Position numbers and translations under genes: made by a program. The notes under the pieces are model-generated. The model was not told where the DNA came from. It ran no database searches and saw only the letters and a program-made list of their open reading frames with translations. This document shows, in pieces, positions 23,701 to 42,006 of a stretch of 64,000 nucleotides of DNA; within the stretch, counting starts at the first letter, position 1, and every line of letters begins with the position of its first letter. Origin of the DNA: Lingula anatina (lineage: Eukaryota; Animalia; Brachiopoda); contig CM120640.1 in the NCBI GenBank assembly GCA_051362555.1, forward strand, positions 372,001 to 436,000. The letters are read 5' to 3'.

Positions 23701-26700
23701 TACTATACACACTGTTAGATTGTCCTTATTTTAAAACATTGTCCTCTGCCCTCCTTACATACACACAGACACTTAGACTAAAATGATGACATAAGTAACT
23801 GAAGTCATCTACATGAACAGCCATTGTGTTACTAACACAATAGATGCTAGGTAAGGTCACTCTGCAAACTTAGCCTGTACTTTTGTCACCTTGATATAAC
23901 CTCTGTCTGGCACCTGCTTATTTCATTAATATTTTCCTCTCCCCCCCCCCCCGCCCCGCCCCTGCTCACCTCTGTCTACTATCAGTTGTTATCACACCTG
24001 CCTGCATACCTGTCATTATCACCCATGCAGGGACTGAGCTCTATCTAATAGCAGATCTATATAGTCAGAGGTAACACACTGATAGCCTTCTCAACTGATA
24101 TCTATGTCATAGCCATTATCAGGAGATAATATATAACTTTGTCCCTGCAGCCACTTATTTACTGTCTTGTTGAAACGTGAAAATATCCAGTTTGATACAA
24201 CTCCAACCTCTTTATTTGTGATAAGATAACAAAAAGAGATAGTGGAGTTAATGACATAACAACTGCATAATGTGAGGTGAAAGAAAGCAGATTCAGCCAC
24301 CCCCTATGTGTTCCTGTGATCACAGCTCCTCCTCTCCCCCCCCCCCCCCCCACTTCCCCTCATGGTGAGCTGGCATTCACATTAGGCCTCATTGTTTACC
24401 GTTCATCCAAAATAGCCTGAGATATATTTATCAGCACCAGCAGCTATGAGATGCTGATAATAGCACTGCTGTCATAGCAACCGTGATGTCAGCAGCAGAG
24501 CTAGATAGATTGTGGAATAGATATCATCGATTAGAGCTCAGCTAGTGGCCCAGTTCTGCAGTATGTATAGAGAGACACACACACTCCCCAGACAGTAGCT
24601 AGGCATGCTGGCCACAGTGGAGGCTGTTCACTACTCTGCTGTCCTAGGATTACAACTACTAAGGGAGGAATAAGTCAGGGCTACTGGTACAAGCTAGCCA
24701 GGGATTTTAACCATTGAAACAAGTGAGGAAAGTCAGAGCCTGAGGCAATAAGGTGAGGTGAACTCACATAGTCTAACAGTCTGGATTTTCTTTTACTTTT
24801 TTGAGGTTTTAATCTAATGTTCACAACATAAACACTACCATGATTCACAGGCTTTCAGAACTCCTATGCGGATACCTTTTTTTTTTTACTTCACCGTAAA
24901 ATGATTTGTTTCTCTAGTTAATAGCAGTAATTGATGATACAAGTAATGCTTTACTAAGTGCAATAAATACTAGAAGTATCTGAACATTTTCTCAATCTAT
25001 AATCATGCTATCTCCATACAATAAAGGTAGATTTGCAAGTGTTGGAGCTGTTTAGTGCTTCATGTGGTATATTTACAGACAGGCTACCTAGTGCACATCC
25101 TTCCTTCAACAACAGTCTCTACTGGGGACAGAGCTGCACAGAAAAGTGCTTTGTTTTTAGGGTGTTTTCAGTGTGCTTAAAATGAACTCCCTGAAATGTG
25201 TGCTTTGAATGCACAGCCCAGATTTTACAAAAAATTTGAGACTCTTTACCTCTACTTGGTTTCCCCCTTCTGAAAAGTTTTTCTTTTTTGTCTACCAGGC
25301 CCGTAGCTAGCAATTTCAAAAGGGGGGTTCTTTTTCTGAAAAAGTGGACTTTTCCCAAAAAAACTTAGTGTACCTAGATCTTTACCCAGAGTGGACCTTT
25401 TCCCAGCAAAAGGGGCGGTTCTGTCGAACCCCCTGAACCCTCCCTGGCTACAGGCCTGTCTACATTAAAGTGAAATATGTTGGTATGATGAAAGAAATTA
25501 ATTTTTTTAAATTTAGAATAAACATAACAAGAACTAGATCCCAGCTGAAAAGGACATGATCATATGGATTATATTACTTTGTTGGCATGTGAATACAAGA
25601 ATTGTGACTTTAGAGGTATCATTTAAAAGAGACCTAGGATCTGAGTTCAGAAAAGAATTTTCAAGCTTGACTTGATATAAATCAATTGATATTTTTGCAA
25701 AGTTCAAATTAAATTAGTTTAAAAAGTAAAACATACATGCTATCATATTTATTATATTATCATATCTTATCCCCCATTTTATTTTCTTTTTCTCTCTATT
25801 ATTAATATATTTTAACATGTAACCAAAACCAACCAATGGTGCAAATGGTTTATTCAGTGCTACAGAGAGAGGGAGCCATTGAGTTTAATATAATGTCAGA
25901 GTAAAGACTTCATATGTACAGCTGAATAAATGGGTAACACATGCCCTTCTAATAATGCATTCACAATATTAATACGTGACCTAGTCAGTTTTCTTCAGGT
26001 AACATAACCATACATAACGATTAATAATTTCTTACATTATTCCCCCGTTTTGTTATTTTCATCCACCCAGATGGATGCATACATTATAATGAATAAACTA
26101 TGAAACTATTTAATAAGAAAGTCTTTCCGTTTTTTTTTTTCCCGCTTTCAATGTATCACTGTCTGTAATACTACTGTTCATCAATACAATGGACACATTT
26201 CTAAGTTTTATCTACATGGACACAAAGATTTTACAAAATGTACAAAGTTAAAACAAAAATAGTCATTAAGTTTCTGGAGAGACTGTCTGTCACATCGAGG
26301 TCTCCTTGGACATGGGGAAAGAACTTCAACTGGAGAACAGCTTTCTGGGATACATTCTTCCCCTTTATGGCAATGATATCCAGTGTTTGGTTTACAATAG
26401 ATTTCTCCACGTTCTTGGCACCAACCTCCCCCCCCAAAGTTTTCTTCACACCCAGTAGCCTGCACATCTCCCCAATTAACTAAGGGTACTTTCCCAGAGA
26501 TTTAGATCGATCTAAAGATTAAGTTTTAGATGGACCTAACTCCCTGGGGGTTCACGCTAAATTGCAGTCAGCTGAGTGGGCACCATAGTTAATTACCCCC
26601 TTATAGCTTTTAGTAGGTGGGACAGATGCTTAAGCCGGCCAAGCTGACAGTAATCTAGTGAGACTCCCCACAGGGATAGATCAATCTAAAAATCTATGGA

Positions 26701-29700
26701 AATGGGGTGTAAGATTCAAAATTTCTTCCCCCCTCAGTATGGATCTTGCATGGAGCTCCAAATCTATAGACAAACTCCTCGACCAACTTCCTTGCCACAG
26801 TCTCAGATTCCTGGTTGAAAATTGCAAATGCCTCTGTCCACTCACTGAAATAATCACTCACCACCATAACGTATCGATTGTTTGAATCCTGGGATCGAAT
26901 CCCCATCAAGCCAGGTGTTTTGAACTTCATCACCAAGGCAGTGGTGCTTTGACTATAATCAATAATCTAAACCATCATTATTAATAGCAACAGGCTGACA
27001 TAAAACAAATATTAACTTCAGGGCAGAGAGAATCTATGTGGAGAACAAATATAATATCTATGAATTCTGATGAAAGGTTCATTCCCAATGAAACTATTGT
27101 TCCACCTGGAACAATCCAACACTGCAGGGACTTTCCCTGAACAGGCCCGTAGCCAGGGGGGTGGGGGGGGTGGGGGGTTCAAAAGAACCACCCTTTTTGC
27201 TGGGAAAAGGTCCACTCTGGGTAAAATTTGATCTATGTACTTGAGGATTTTATGGTAAAAGGTCCACTTTTTCAGAAAACGAAACCCCTCTAAAATTGCT
27301 GGCTACTGGCCTGCTGAATGCAATCAGATGATCAGATTCACACACCTCCTCCTGGTATTGAGTAGAATACAGAAAAGCCAGTGATTATATGATTACACTG
27401 GAAACAAGAGAAGGTGTGTAAATCTGAGAGAGGGAGAGAGAGAGAGATACATTAAGTAAAGGCAAATAATACAATCCATTGATATAATATTATTATCATG
27501 TCAAAAGGCCAAATAACTCCATGGATTCCCTCAGGCATTATATCCTTATTTCAATCTTGCATTCAGTATGCATCCATAAAATGAAAATAAAACTTATTGT
27601 CACAATTGGCAGTGAAACTACTCTTGCTCTCTGTCTGAACAGCAACTTGTTACACCTAATTATCCAAGTATATCTGATGCAGATTCCATTTTTTCAGCCA
27701 CCATGAAGAGCGTTCCATCACAGGGGAGTCCCTGTAGCTCTAGCAGTGGCCTAGATTACACCAGTGTGTGTGACGGCAACCTACTGAAGATGATTGACTC
27801 ATACGCCAGTGCCCTGGGGACCCCTAGGGAGTATGTTCTCTTCCCTCTCCTGGCCTCAGTATCAGGTACTGTGATTTACCTATCTCTGCCAGTGCCCTGG
27901 GGACCCCTAGGGAGTATGTTCTCTTCCCTCTCCCTGGCCTCAGTATCGGGTACTGTGATTTACCTATCTCTGATCAGTTACATGTCACAGGTCCACAGCC
28001 AACATTTTCAGAGGGGGGGGGTGGGGTGGGGGTCTTTTTCTGAAAATGTGAACTATGGTGTACTTAGCTCAAATTTTGACCTTGAGTGGACATATTTCTT
28101 CCAAAAAAGGGTGGATCATTTGAACCCCTGATTGCCCCTGGATATGGGGGATTTCCCCTGGACACGATCTGTGTCATCTGCTAAACATAGTTTGGTGTGT
28201 TTACAGTAGTGTTGTATTTGTTAAAATTTGTTAAACTATATTAGGCACCATTAATATTATTACTGTCATATCTACAGGACTGCTGACAAGGTCTAGAGTA
28301 CAGCTCAGTGACATGTGGTATAAGACATCATTAATATTATTATTGTCATATCTACAGGACTGCTGACAAGGTCTAGAGTACAGCTCAGTGACATGTGGTA
28401 TAAGACAACATTAATATTATTATTGTCATATCTACAGGACTGCTGACAAGGTCTAGAGTACAGCTCAGTGACATGTGGTATAAGACATCATTAATATTAT
28501 TATTGTCATATCTACAGGACTGCTGACAAGGTCTAGAGTACAGCTCAGTGACATGTGGGAAGAGACCTGCACAATGTGGTGTGTCACAGCAGCAAGAAGG
28601 TGCAGTAAAAAGACAACAGTTCTGAACCAGTTCCTCCAAGCCCTCCATGAGGCAGGAACTGAGGCATACACACACATAGCTAATCTAGTCTGCAGAGAAC
28701 AGTGTGACCCCAACCAGGGCAAAAACAATATACTTCTAGAGGAAGACCTCAGTTTGCTAGCAGAGTCAGACTATACCAGCAAAGGGGGCAGTTTAAAGTC
28801 ACATTTTGACAACACGTGGCAACCAGGGGAGGGCATCAGCATAGGTGGTTTTATGAGCAAGGAGAAAGTAGCCAAATTTATTTATGAAGACCCCTTGCAA
28901 GTTGCAGACAGGTTTTTAATAGCTCTCCCTGGGGATGTCACCTATAAACCCAGTGAGTGCAAGGTCCCCATGCCTTCTAATACACCACTACTGAGTGAGG
29001 TTTTCAAGGTGCTATGTGTTAAACACACAGAGAAGAGACAGTATACCCTATCCCCTGAGGCCCACGCTTTGTTTACAGCAATGGGTGACCACTTCAAAGA
29101 TTGTTCAGATAAACACACTAACAATGACGACAGATATGCTATGTACAGAAGAGCACCGTCTCTCCTTGCTCGACTTGCAGCCACTATCACATCTTTGCGG
29201 CAAGCTCTGAAATATGTTGTCTATCATGAAGACCTCCGCACAGGAAGCTGGTGTGACATCATATCCAAGGAAGACTTGGAGTCCAGCCAGTCCATTTTAC
29301 AATGGGTAATTGACTTGAAGTGCAATATACTTGATCAGAAAGAGCAGCAAGAGAACACTGCATCTCAGGCTGCTAAAATGAATGGCACATCTCTAAACTT
29401 GCCTAGTGCTTCAAAAGACAACAATAACCTGGCTATGTTAAAGAGATCACATAATCAAGAGCAAGGACAAGAGTTTGCTCCTCCCCCCAGCAAACAACTG
29501 AGGGGAACCAGTATAGCAGGTAGTCAGGGGACACACCCTTCACTAAAACCTCACCAGCAGCAGCCACCTTCAGCCCCTCTCCCTCTCATCATACCTATCC
29601 CTCAAGTCTCCCAGGGTGAACCCCAGGGTGATCAGAGACCAGTCCCTCCTCCTCCACAACACAGGTATTACCAGACCCCAGGGTCAGTGAGCCTGACCCC

Positions 29701-32700
29701 TGGCCACCCCAATCCACCTGCCAAGTCTTCATCTCCCTCCTCACCACCAGAGGGTGCTCCAGTAGAGAGAGGAAACCCTTTCATGAACAACATTGGGCCA
29801 TTTATCACCAATGGAGCTGTTTTCTCTTCAGAGACTGCAGCAATGCAGGACAACATGGGGTCCCACTCTCTCCACCATATACAGCAACAACAGCTACAGT
29901 CACAGTCCCCGCATATTACTATGTCCAATATCACAACAGGTGACCTGAGAACCTTCCTCAGTAACTACAGCCACAAAATCAAGAAATTTTTAGAATTCAA
30001 ACTCGATTACAGGATCTCCCCAAGTATGGCCGCCCAGCGCCACATCATACCTCCATTAACTAGAGAAGAAATGCAGCACCTCAATACCATGAATCGTTAC
30101 CCAGTGACAGCCGCGCGGGAATTTCTACACAAGACGGCGCTGCTAGGGTTTGGTCGAATGGAGTACGGGACAATATCTCACAATCGTGCCTCCATGTTCT
30201 TTGTGAAGTTTCCTTACCAGGAGTTGGGGGACAGAGCCAGGCAGTTACTGAGTAGTCTAGGAGTCCACCCTGTGGATTATAATGCAGCTTTCACATATGG
30301 AAATGGCAACACTGGGGATAGTGACTGTAAATACCTAGAATCCTTTGGAACATCCCCAGAAAATCTACATGAAGATGGAAGTGCTATTGTCAAAACTGAG
30401 TCAGAATAAAGTATGTTCCATTCAACCACATTTTAGGGTCTTGAATTGGGTGTAAGGCAAAAATTCTGTATCTAAGATAAAAGTTTTTAAACTGTTAATG
30501 ATTTTAATTTTATCTGAATAAAATGAATCATCTATTTCCTCATAGTTATGATACATCATTGTATTCACTGACTAAAAAAATTAAACAGCAATAACAGAAT
30601 AAAAAGCTTAAGCCCAAGTTTGTTTCAGACAAATGTAAACCATCATAATTCTAAGACAAATGATGGCCATGATATGTAGACAATGCTACTGTTGAGACGA
30701 AAATGAAGTTCACAGCTACGGCAATCATGACATACTACACACAGTCTAAGATGGGTCACTCTATATGTCTGTCAGTTAAATAAATATCAAAATTACAAAT
30801 AACAGTTAAAACAAATCGTGAATGAGAGTAAAAACAGTTTTTTTTCAAATTTGCAGACACATGGTGAAAATTCAGCCTATTCTATTTTAACAAAAATATA
30901 AACTCATTGAGATGAAACATAATCTATAAGTGTTCTGTTATTGACACATTCTCTATACATTGTTTTTAATGTAACTATACAGCATTCATCATCAATAATC
31001 TGTTTATCTTATATTCATCTTCATTTATGTCTGTGTCAAAGAGGAGGTTTACCTTATTGTGGTGGAATTCAACCTTCTTATTGGTGGTTGCCCAGGTAAC
31101 AGGGTCATTCAGTGCATGTGTGATAAGTCTATCTGACACCAGACGCCAGCCATTGTTCTCTATTCTCTGATACCAGCCATCTTGATCTGCCAGGGAAATA
31201 GGAAAACTGAGTACAGTGAAATCTTCCTGTTTTAAGTCAGTTGTCTTAAATCTCAATGTGTTTATAATAACAATCATAGTAAATCTTATCATTTTACTTC
31301 TTTCTTGCAATGTCATGTCTCTGAATGCATGGGATTATTTCAAAATAAGAACAGCTAATTATCTATACATTTGTATATAATCAACAGGATTTTTTAAATC
31401 TGTAAATATAAATAATAAGAAGAAATACAAGAGAGAAAGTTTAAGAAACATACCATATCTATCATCCGGTGCTGTTCTGTCCACCTTGTTATGTAAATCT
31501 CTGGGCAGTTTCTGTTTGGCGCCAGCCTTAGTGTAGTCCTTGGGACTGCAGGCACACAGGTCCACCACTGGGCGATGGGTGAAGATTTTATAGTAAATAT
31601 TGGGGGGAAATCTCTCCTGAAAAGTTAATATTATTATTATTAATATAATGTCCACCACTGGGCGATGAGTGAAGATTTTATAGTAAATATTGGGGGGAAA
31701 TCTCTCCTGAAAAGTTAATATTATTATTATTAATATGATGCCCTTGATCTTAAAGCTTGGTAATAATCATGAAGTATATCTAGATATAGGTCCATGGCAA
31801 TAATGAAAAATTGTCTAAAAAAGTAGGATTTAAATATAACAGGCATTTCTCCAAAAATGAAGGCAGACAAATTAAATTAACCAGTAGTTGACTGTTGCAA
31901 GAAATAGAAAACAATTATTTGTCCTTTGCCAACACTTTCTCTGTTATTTTGAGTTTCAGTAGGGAAAAATATATCTCTCTTTGCCTTAAATAAATAAAAT
32001 AATTTTGAAGCATTTTCTTTTATTTTGTAAAATTAAAGATTTATAATTCCACTTCATTTTTCACTCACTTGCTAGTGTAACCATGTGAGTTTTTCACTAT
32101 TAGCTGACTACTTCTATATTTGTATATCATCTTAAACAAACTACTTTATTATCAGGACAAGGCCAATAGCCAGCTAACTCACCCCAGCTAGTCTAAACTT
32201 GATGTGTACTCCTGATGCTGGGTCCAGTAGTTTAGCTTCATTGGGGTTGATACATTTCAGCATAAGTGAAGGGTCTCCTCTACACTTAAAGTTGATCAGA
32301 TCCCTGTAGTAGTTATAGACTTGTATGTCCTAAAGAAACCAAAGAAATATTAGGAAAATATTGTTCTTTAAAAGGTAAGGGTAAGGGCAGACTGTCTTTA
32401 AAAAACCAAAGAAATATTGTGGGTAATGCCAGTTATTTCAGCAAAGCACTTATTTTGAATATTGAAAATATTTTTCAAGTGTAAGATAAACATTTTTTAA
32501 TTTAAACATTATTCCAACTTTTTTCCAATTTGATATCCTTTAGCTATTAAAGCAAATCTACAGCAATGTACCTCAGTTTAAGTGTTTTAAAATCACTTTT
32601 ATCACAATTTTTGTATTAGTTCCCAATACTCACTATGTGTCTTCTCCAAGCTTTCTGTATACTGCACGCAGCCTCATGTTCAGTTAGTGGCCCCTCTCGT

Positions 32701-35345
32701 TTCTTTTTCCTGACTTCCTGGGCCAGTGGGACAGGCTTGTTACTGGCTGAGCCATTTGGAATGTGTACACTAGTCATGCTAGGATGAGGGGCTGGGGCTG
32801 GGGCTGGGGGACTCTTATGTGATGTGGTCCCTTTTTTGTCCCACCAACTTTTAGTGTATGCTGCACAGAAATCTTCAAAACTAAAACATAGCACATTTCA
32901 CGGATATACAAAATGCTTATATGCAACAAAATGAATAACAAGTTCTCAAAAGGATTCTAAATAAAATCTAAAAAATATAAGACAATATCTGATAAACAAT
33001 GGGTAAATATATAATTTCTTTATTTATTTCCACAGCTATCTTTATGATTCACACTTCACATTCCTTGGCAGTAAAAGTTTTATCTTGGGTAATATATAAT
33101 GCCTATTTTAAATCTTATTTTCTTTCTATAAATATATCTTAGTTAACTTAAAATATAGTGATAGGAAGCTATATTTTCAATAATCAATGCCCAGTCTTCA
33201 TCTCTACCTACCTCAGTATATCCAGGGACTGTTATAAGAAGCTATATTTTCAACAATCAATGCCCAGTCTTCATCTCTACCTACCTCAGTATATCCAGGG
33301 ACTGTTATAAGAAGCTATATTTTCAACAATCAATGCCCAGTCTTCATCTCTACCTACCTCAGTATATCCAGGGACTGTTATAAGAAGCTATATTTTCAAC
33401 AATCAATGCCCACTTTTCATCTCTACCTACCTCAGTATATCCAGGGACTGTGGAACTGCACCTGCCTGAATTTTGGCATTTATAAAATCCTGATACAATT
33501 TGGTTAAAGCTTCTTTTGAAGGAGGCCCTGGGCCCTGAAAATGATTAACAAATGATTCTACCATCAATGTTGCATAAACCACATGGACAAACAGTGTTTT
33601 TAATTAATGTTTACTATGCTTGGCAGTGGTGCATATGTGACATGTGATACTCGTCTGATGAAAAATATGTAGGCTTCATCCATCATTACTGTGAACTCTC
33701 AATTTCTTCTCTGATGAAAATATCAGATATTCATGATATTAATTATATCATTCACAGCTTGATCATCAAACCACCCTAAAAAAATTAAGAAAAAATAAAT
33801 TTTTATTTTCTTTGGCCCTTTTCTTTTCAAGTTTTATTAATAATGTATTTAAATCATAATCATAGTTATCTTACCAAATTATTTTCATCCGGTGATGGCG
33901 TCCTGACCTCCTGAAGTCTGGCCATGTGGTGTTGACTGGCACCATAGATAGCTGTACCACTGACTTTAGGAACTATCACACTGAACAGGTTACACCTTAA
34001 ATTATACATAATATATAGCTGTACCACTGACTTTAGGAGCTATCACACTGAACAGGTTACACCTTAAATTATACATAATATATAGCTGTACCACTGACTT
34101 TAGGAGCTATCACACTGAACAGGTTACACCTTAAATTATACATAATATATAGCTGTACTTTAGGAGCTATCACACTGAACAGGTTACACCTTAAATTATA
34201 CATAATATATAGCTGTACCACTGACTTTAGGAGCTATCACACTGAACAGGTTACACCTTAAATTATACATAATATATAGCTGTACTTTAGGAGCTATCAC
34301 ACTGAACAGGTTACACCTTAAATTATACATAATATATAGCTGTACCACTGACTTTAGGAGCTACTACACAGAACAGGTTACAGCTTAAATCATACAAAAA
34401 ATAATATAACAAACATTACACAATTTCAATTACCTTCACCTAAAGTCAAATGTGGGAGTGTTTTATACAAAATCCCTGCCACATAAAGCAGTGCAGTATA
34501 TCTTGTTTAACTTAATGCTATAGCACTACAATATGCTCACAGTACCTTGTTCTATATCCTCTCCAGACCCTCTGTATTTCTATGGCAGCACAACTGACTG
34601 CTTCCTCACTGCCCTTCCCCTGCCTGATCAAATTCTGGAATGGATTGTAATGGTCTAACATCAGTTTATCTTCAGTTACATTGACCATAGTGCTATAAAA
34701 CACCCATTCCCAATAAAAGTAACATTCTATAGATTGATCCAACTATATGGGGACTCTTGCTGAATGCAATCAGATTAACAGCATAACACACCTCCTGCAA
34801 GATGACAGCGTGCAATCTCACCGGATTACATGTCTATGTACTGATATGTCTACGTCGACAGTGGTTTATAAAAACAGCATCTTACCTGTCGTAGTGACTT
34901 TGGTGCAGCAGCAAAGCTAAAAGCTCTGTCTGTCTCATGGTTAACTGTTTAAAGAGATAAAAAAACTATGATTGTATACTGAAACTGGACATTTACATTT
35001 AGGTGATCTACCAGTACAAATGTTCTCCAAGCATATGTCAGTTCTCAATTTTGAGCTAACATTTTTAATTTTTCCAGACTGCTACAGACCTATGGTAATT
35101 GTCAGAAAAGGAATATTATCGGTTGGCTGGTCGGAGAAAAATACTCTTTACCCCAGAAAAATATTACTTTAGAAACTCGTTTATCACATATGAAGCTGGG
35201 GCTTAAAGCTTTTAGTTCTATCTAAGTGTGAATAAAAGACAAGGATTCAAACTGGGAAAAAGACAAGATAAATCAGATGAGGTAATCAAATATTCTCTTC
35301 TTTTTACGAACCTGACATTTCCCCAACAGTTATATTATCATCCAT
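17634..35345 (-). CDS. C11orf65: MFI (mitochondrial fission factor interactor)/C11orf65 homologue with IQ motifs, ~507 aa, 13 coding exons
   Basis: Exons 35345-35312, 34944-34886, 34634-34546, 33980-33875, 33534-33431, 32880-32634, 32329-32183, 31616-31454, 31186-31053, 23581-23517, 23239-23069, 18008-17953, 17782-17634 (1524 nt, in frame). Family motifs: CINPNEAKLLDPASGVHIKFRLAG, FPPNIYYKIFTHRP, GWYQRIENNGWRLVS, KKIEWMKTMY, WEVDELLDWTTSLNFDDYLSGWKEVATT. The first exons are less certain than the core. Confidence 0.9.
18165..18497. repeat. Intronic tandem repeat, 51 bp x ~6.5, interrupted by the adjacent element
   Basis: Unit AATAATAATTAGACATATATGTAAATAAGAAATGATATTCTGCAGTTCTTG; the last unit resumes at 22694 after the insertion. 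Confidence 0.93.
18498..22695 (-). mobile_element. Full-length non-autonomous Helentron-associated element (HINE/DINE-1-like, ~4.2 kb) with internal satellite array
   Basis: 15-bp subterminal inverted repeats TATTGTACCACCAGC (18531-18545) / GCTGGTGGTACAATA (22681-22695); 3' hairpin GAGGCG-ATAC-CGCCTC (18511-18526) and CTAG-TTT end; 5' stem-loop and GTCC-type microsatellite (22610-22680); no TSD, inserted at an AA/TT site; internal ~146-bp subunits in a ~590-bp higher-order repeat (18700-21990). Confidence 0.85.
19941..20199. mobile_element. PIF/Harbinger (Tourist-like) MITE, 259 bp, nested in the Helentron-type element
   Basis: TIRs GGCTTCGTTTACATGGAATGTC / GACATTGCATGTGAACGAAGCC; TAA target-site duplication (19938-19940, 20200-20202); the empty site GGGACTAAATGTT is present in sister repeat units; nearly fully palindromic. 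Confidence 0.9.
25296..25458. mobile_element. MITE with CAGGCCCGTAGC TIRs and 5-bp TSD
   Basis: TCTAC|CAGGCCCGTAGCTAG...CTGGCTACAGGCCTG|TCTAC. Confidence 0.85.
26250..26936 (-). mobile_element. Degenerate LTR-retrotransposon (Gypsy-like) integrase fragment, split by a small palindromic insertion (~26484-26710)
   Basis: RYVMVVSDYFSEWTEAFAIFNQESETVARKLVEEFVYRFGAPCKIHTEGGRNFES (rve core) at 26875-26712, continued by GEMCRLLGVKKT at ~26473-26438; the intervening segment has inverted ends (GATTTAGATCGATCTA / TAGATCAATCTAAAAATC). Confidence 0.8.
27142..27313. mobile_element. MITE, same family as 25296-25458, opposite orientation
   Basis: CTGAA|CAGGCCCGTAGCCAG...CTGGCTACTGGCCTG|CTGAA (5-bp TSD); a degenerate third relative lies at ~27988-28165. 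Confidence 0.85.
27703..30409 (+). CDS. DUF3987/YfjI-like (degenerate P-loop NTPase) protein, ~684 aa, nested antisense in an MFI intron
   Basis: Acceptor ttttttcag|CCACCATG (Kozak-like) at 27697; exons 27703-27865 and 28518-30409 join in frame (2055 nt); N-terminal TPREYVLFPLLASVSG...WEETCTMWCVTAARRCSKKTTVL resembles the DUF3987 P-loop region; Gln/Pro-rich linker; AATAAA at 30517. Family call is from motif recollection, not a search. Confidence 0.75.
27804..27972. repeat. Tandem duplication (~84 bp x2) spanning a donor site of the nested gene
   Basis: GCCAGTGCCCTGGGGACCCCTAGGGAG...TCAG|GTACTGTGATTTACCTATCTCTG repeated; copy 2 has TCGG|GT and a 1-bp insertion. Confidence 0.88.
28249..28558. 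repeat. Tandem repeat, 80 bp x4, spanning an acceptor site of the nested gene
   Basis: TCATATCTACAG|GACTGCTGACAAGG... acceptors end at 28277, 28357, 28437, 28517; only the last runs into the long ORF. Confidence 0.93.
31560..31740. repeat. Tandem duplication (90 bp x2) spanning an MFI acceptor site
   Basis: On the - strand TTTTCAG|GAGAGATTTCCCCCC... occurs at 31706 and 31616. Confidence 0.92.
33165..33451. repeat. Tandem repeat, 73 bp x4, spanning an MFI donor site
   Basis: On the - strand CTGAG|GTAGGT at 33430, 33357, 33284, 33211. Confidence 0.92.
33948..34395. repeat. Tandem repeat, 67/60 bp x ~7, spanning an MFI acceptor site
   Basis: On the - strand CCTGTTCAG|TGTGATAG repeated; true acceptor at 33980; two units lack 7 bp. 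Confidence 0.92.
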
Positions 35346-35697
35346 AATCTTGTCGTCTTCTGGAGTCCAGAGACTGGAGAGCCCCAAGACAGTGGCTGTT
35401 TACCTGGTAACCAAGAGCATTTCTTCAACAATATCGACGTTATTTATCACTAAACCAAAAACATGTGAGTCTATGAGTTCGTCTGAACCAATGAATTGTC
35501 AGTGATCAGTATAGTTGTTCTGGTTACTACCCAAACTGAGTTATACTGAAAGATAATTATTATTTGAACGTCAGGTTGACCAATATGGACAACTTCCGGT
35601 TAAACTTGCGCATATCGCACTTCCGGTTATCATCGCATGCACTCACGAGGGAAAATTCAATCAACATCAATTCATTTACAATTCTTTCATCAAAGAA
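35346..35697. promoter_or_regulatory. Putative bidirectional promoter for MFI and POLR2E
   Basis: Divergent ATGs 352 bp apart; two ETS/GABP-type ACTTCCGG motifs at ~35592 and ~35619. Confidence 0.6.
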
Positions 35698-42006
<6,309 letters not shown>

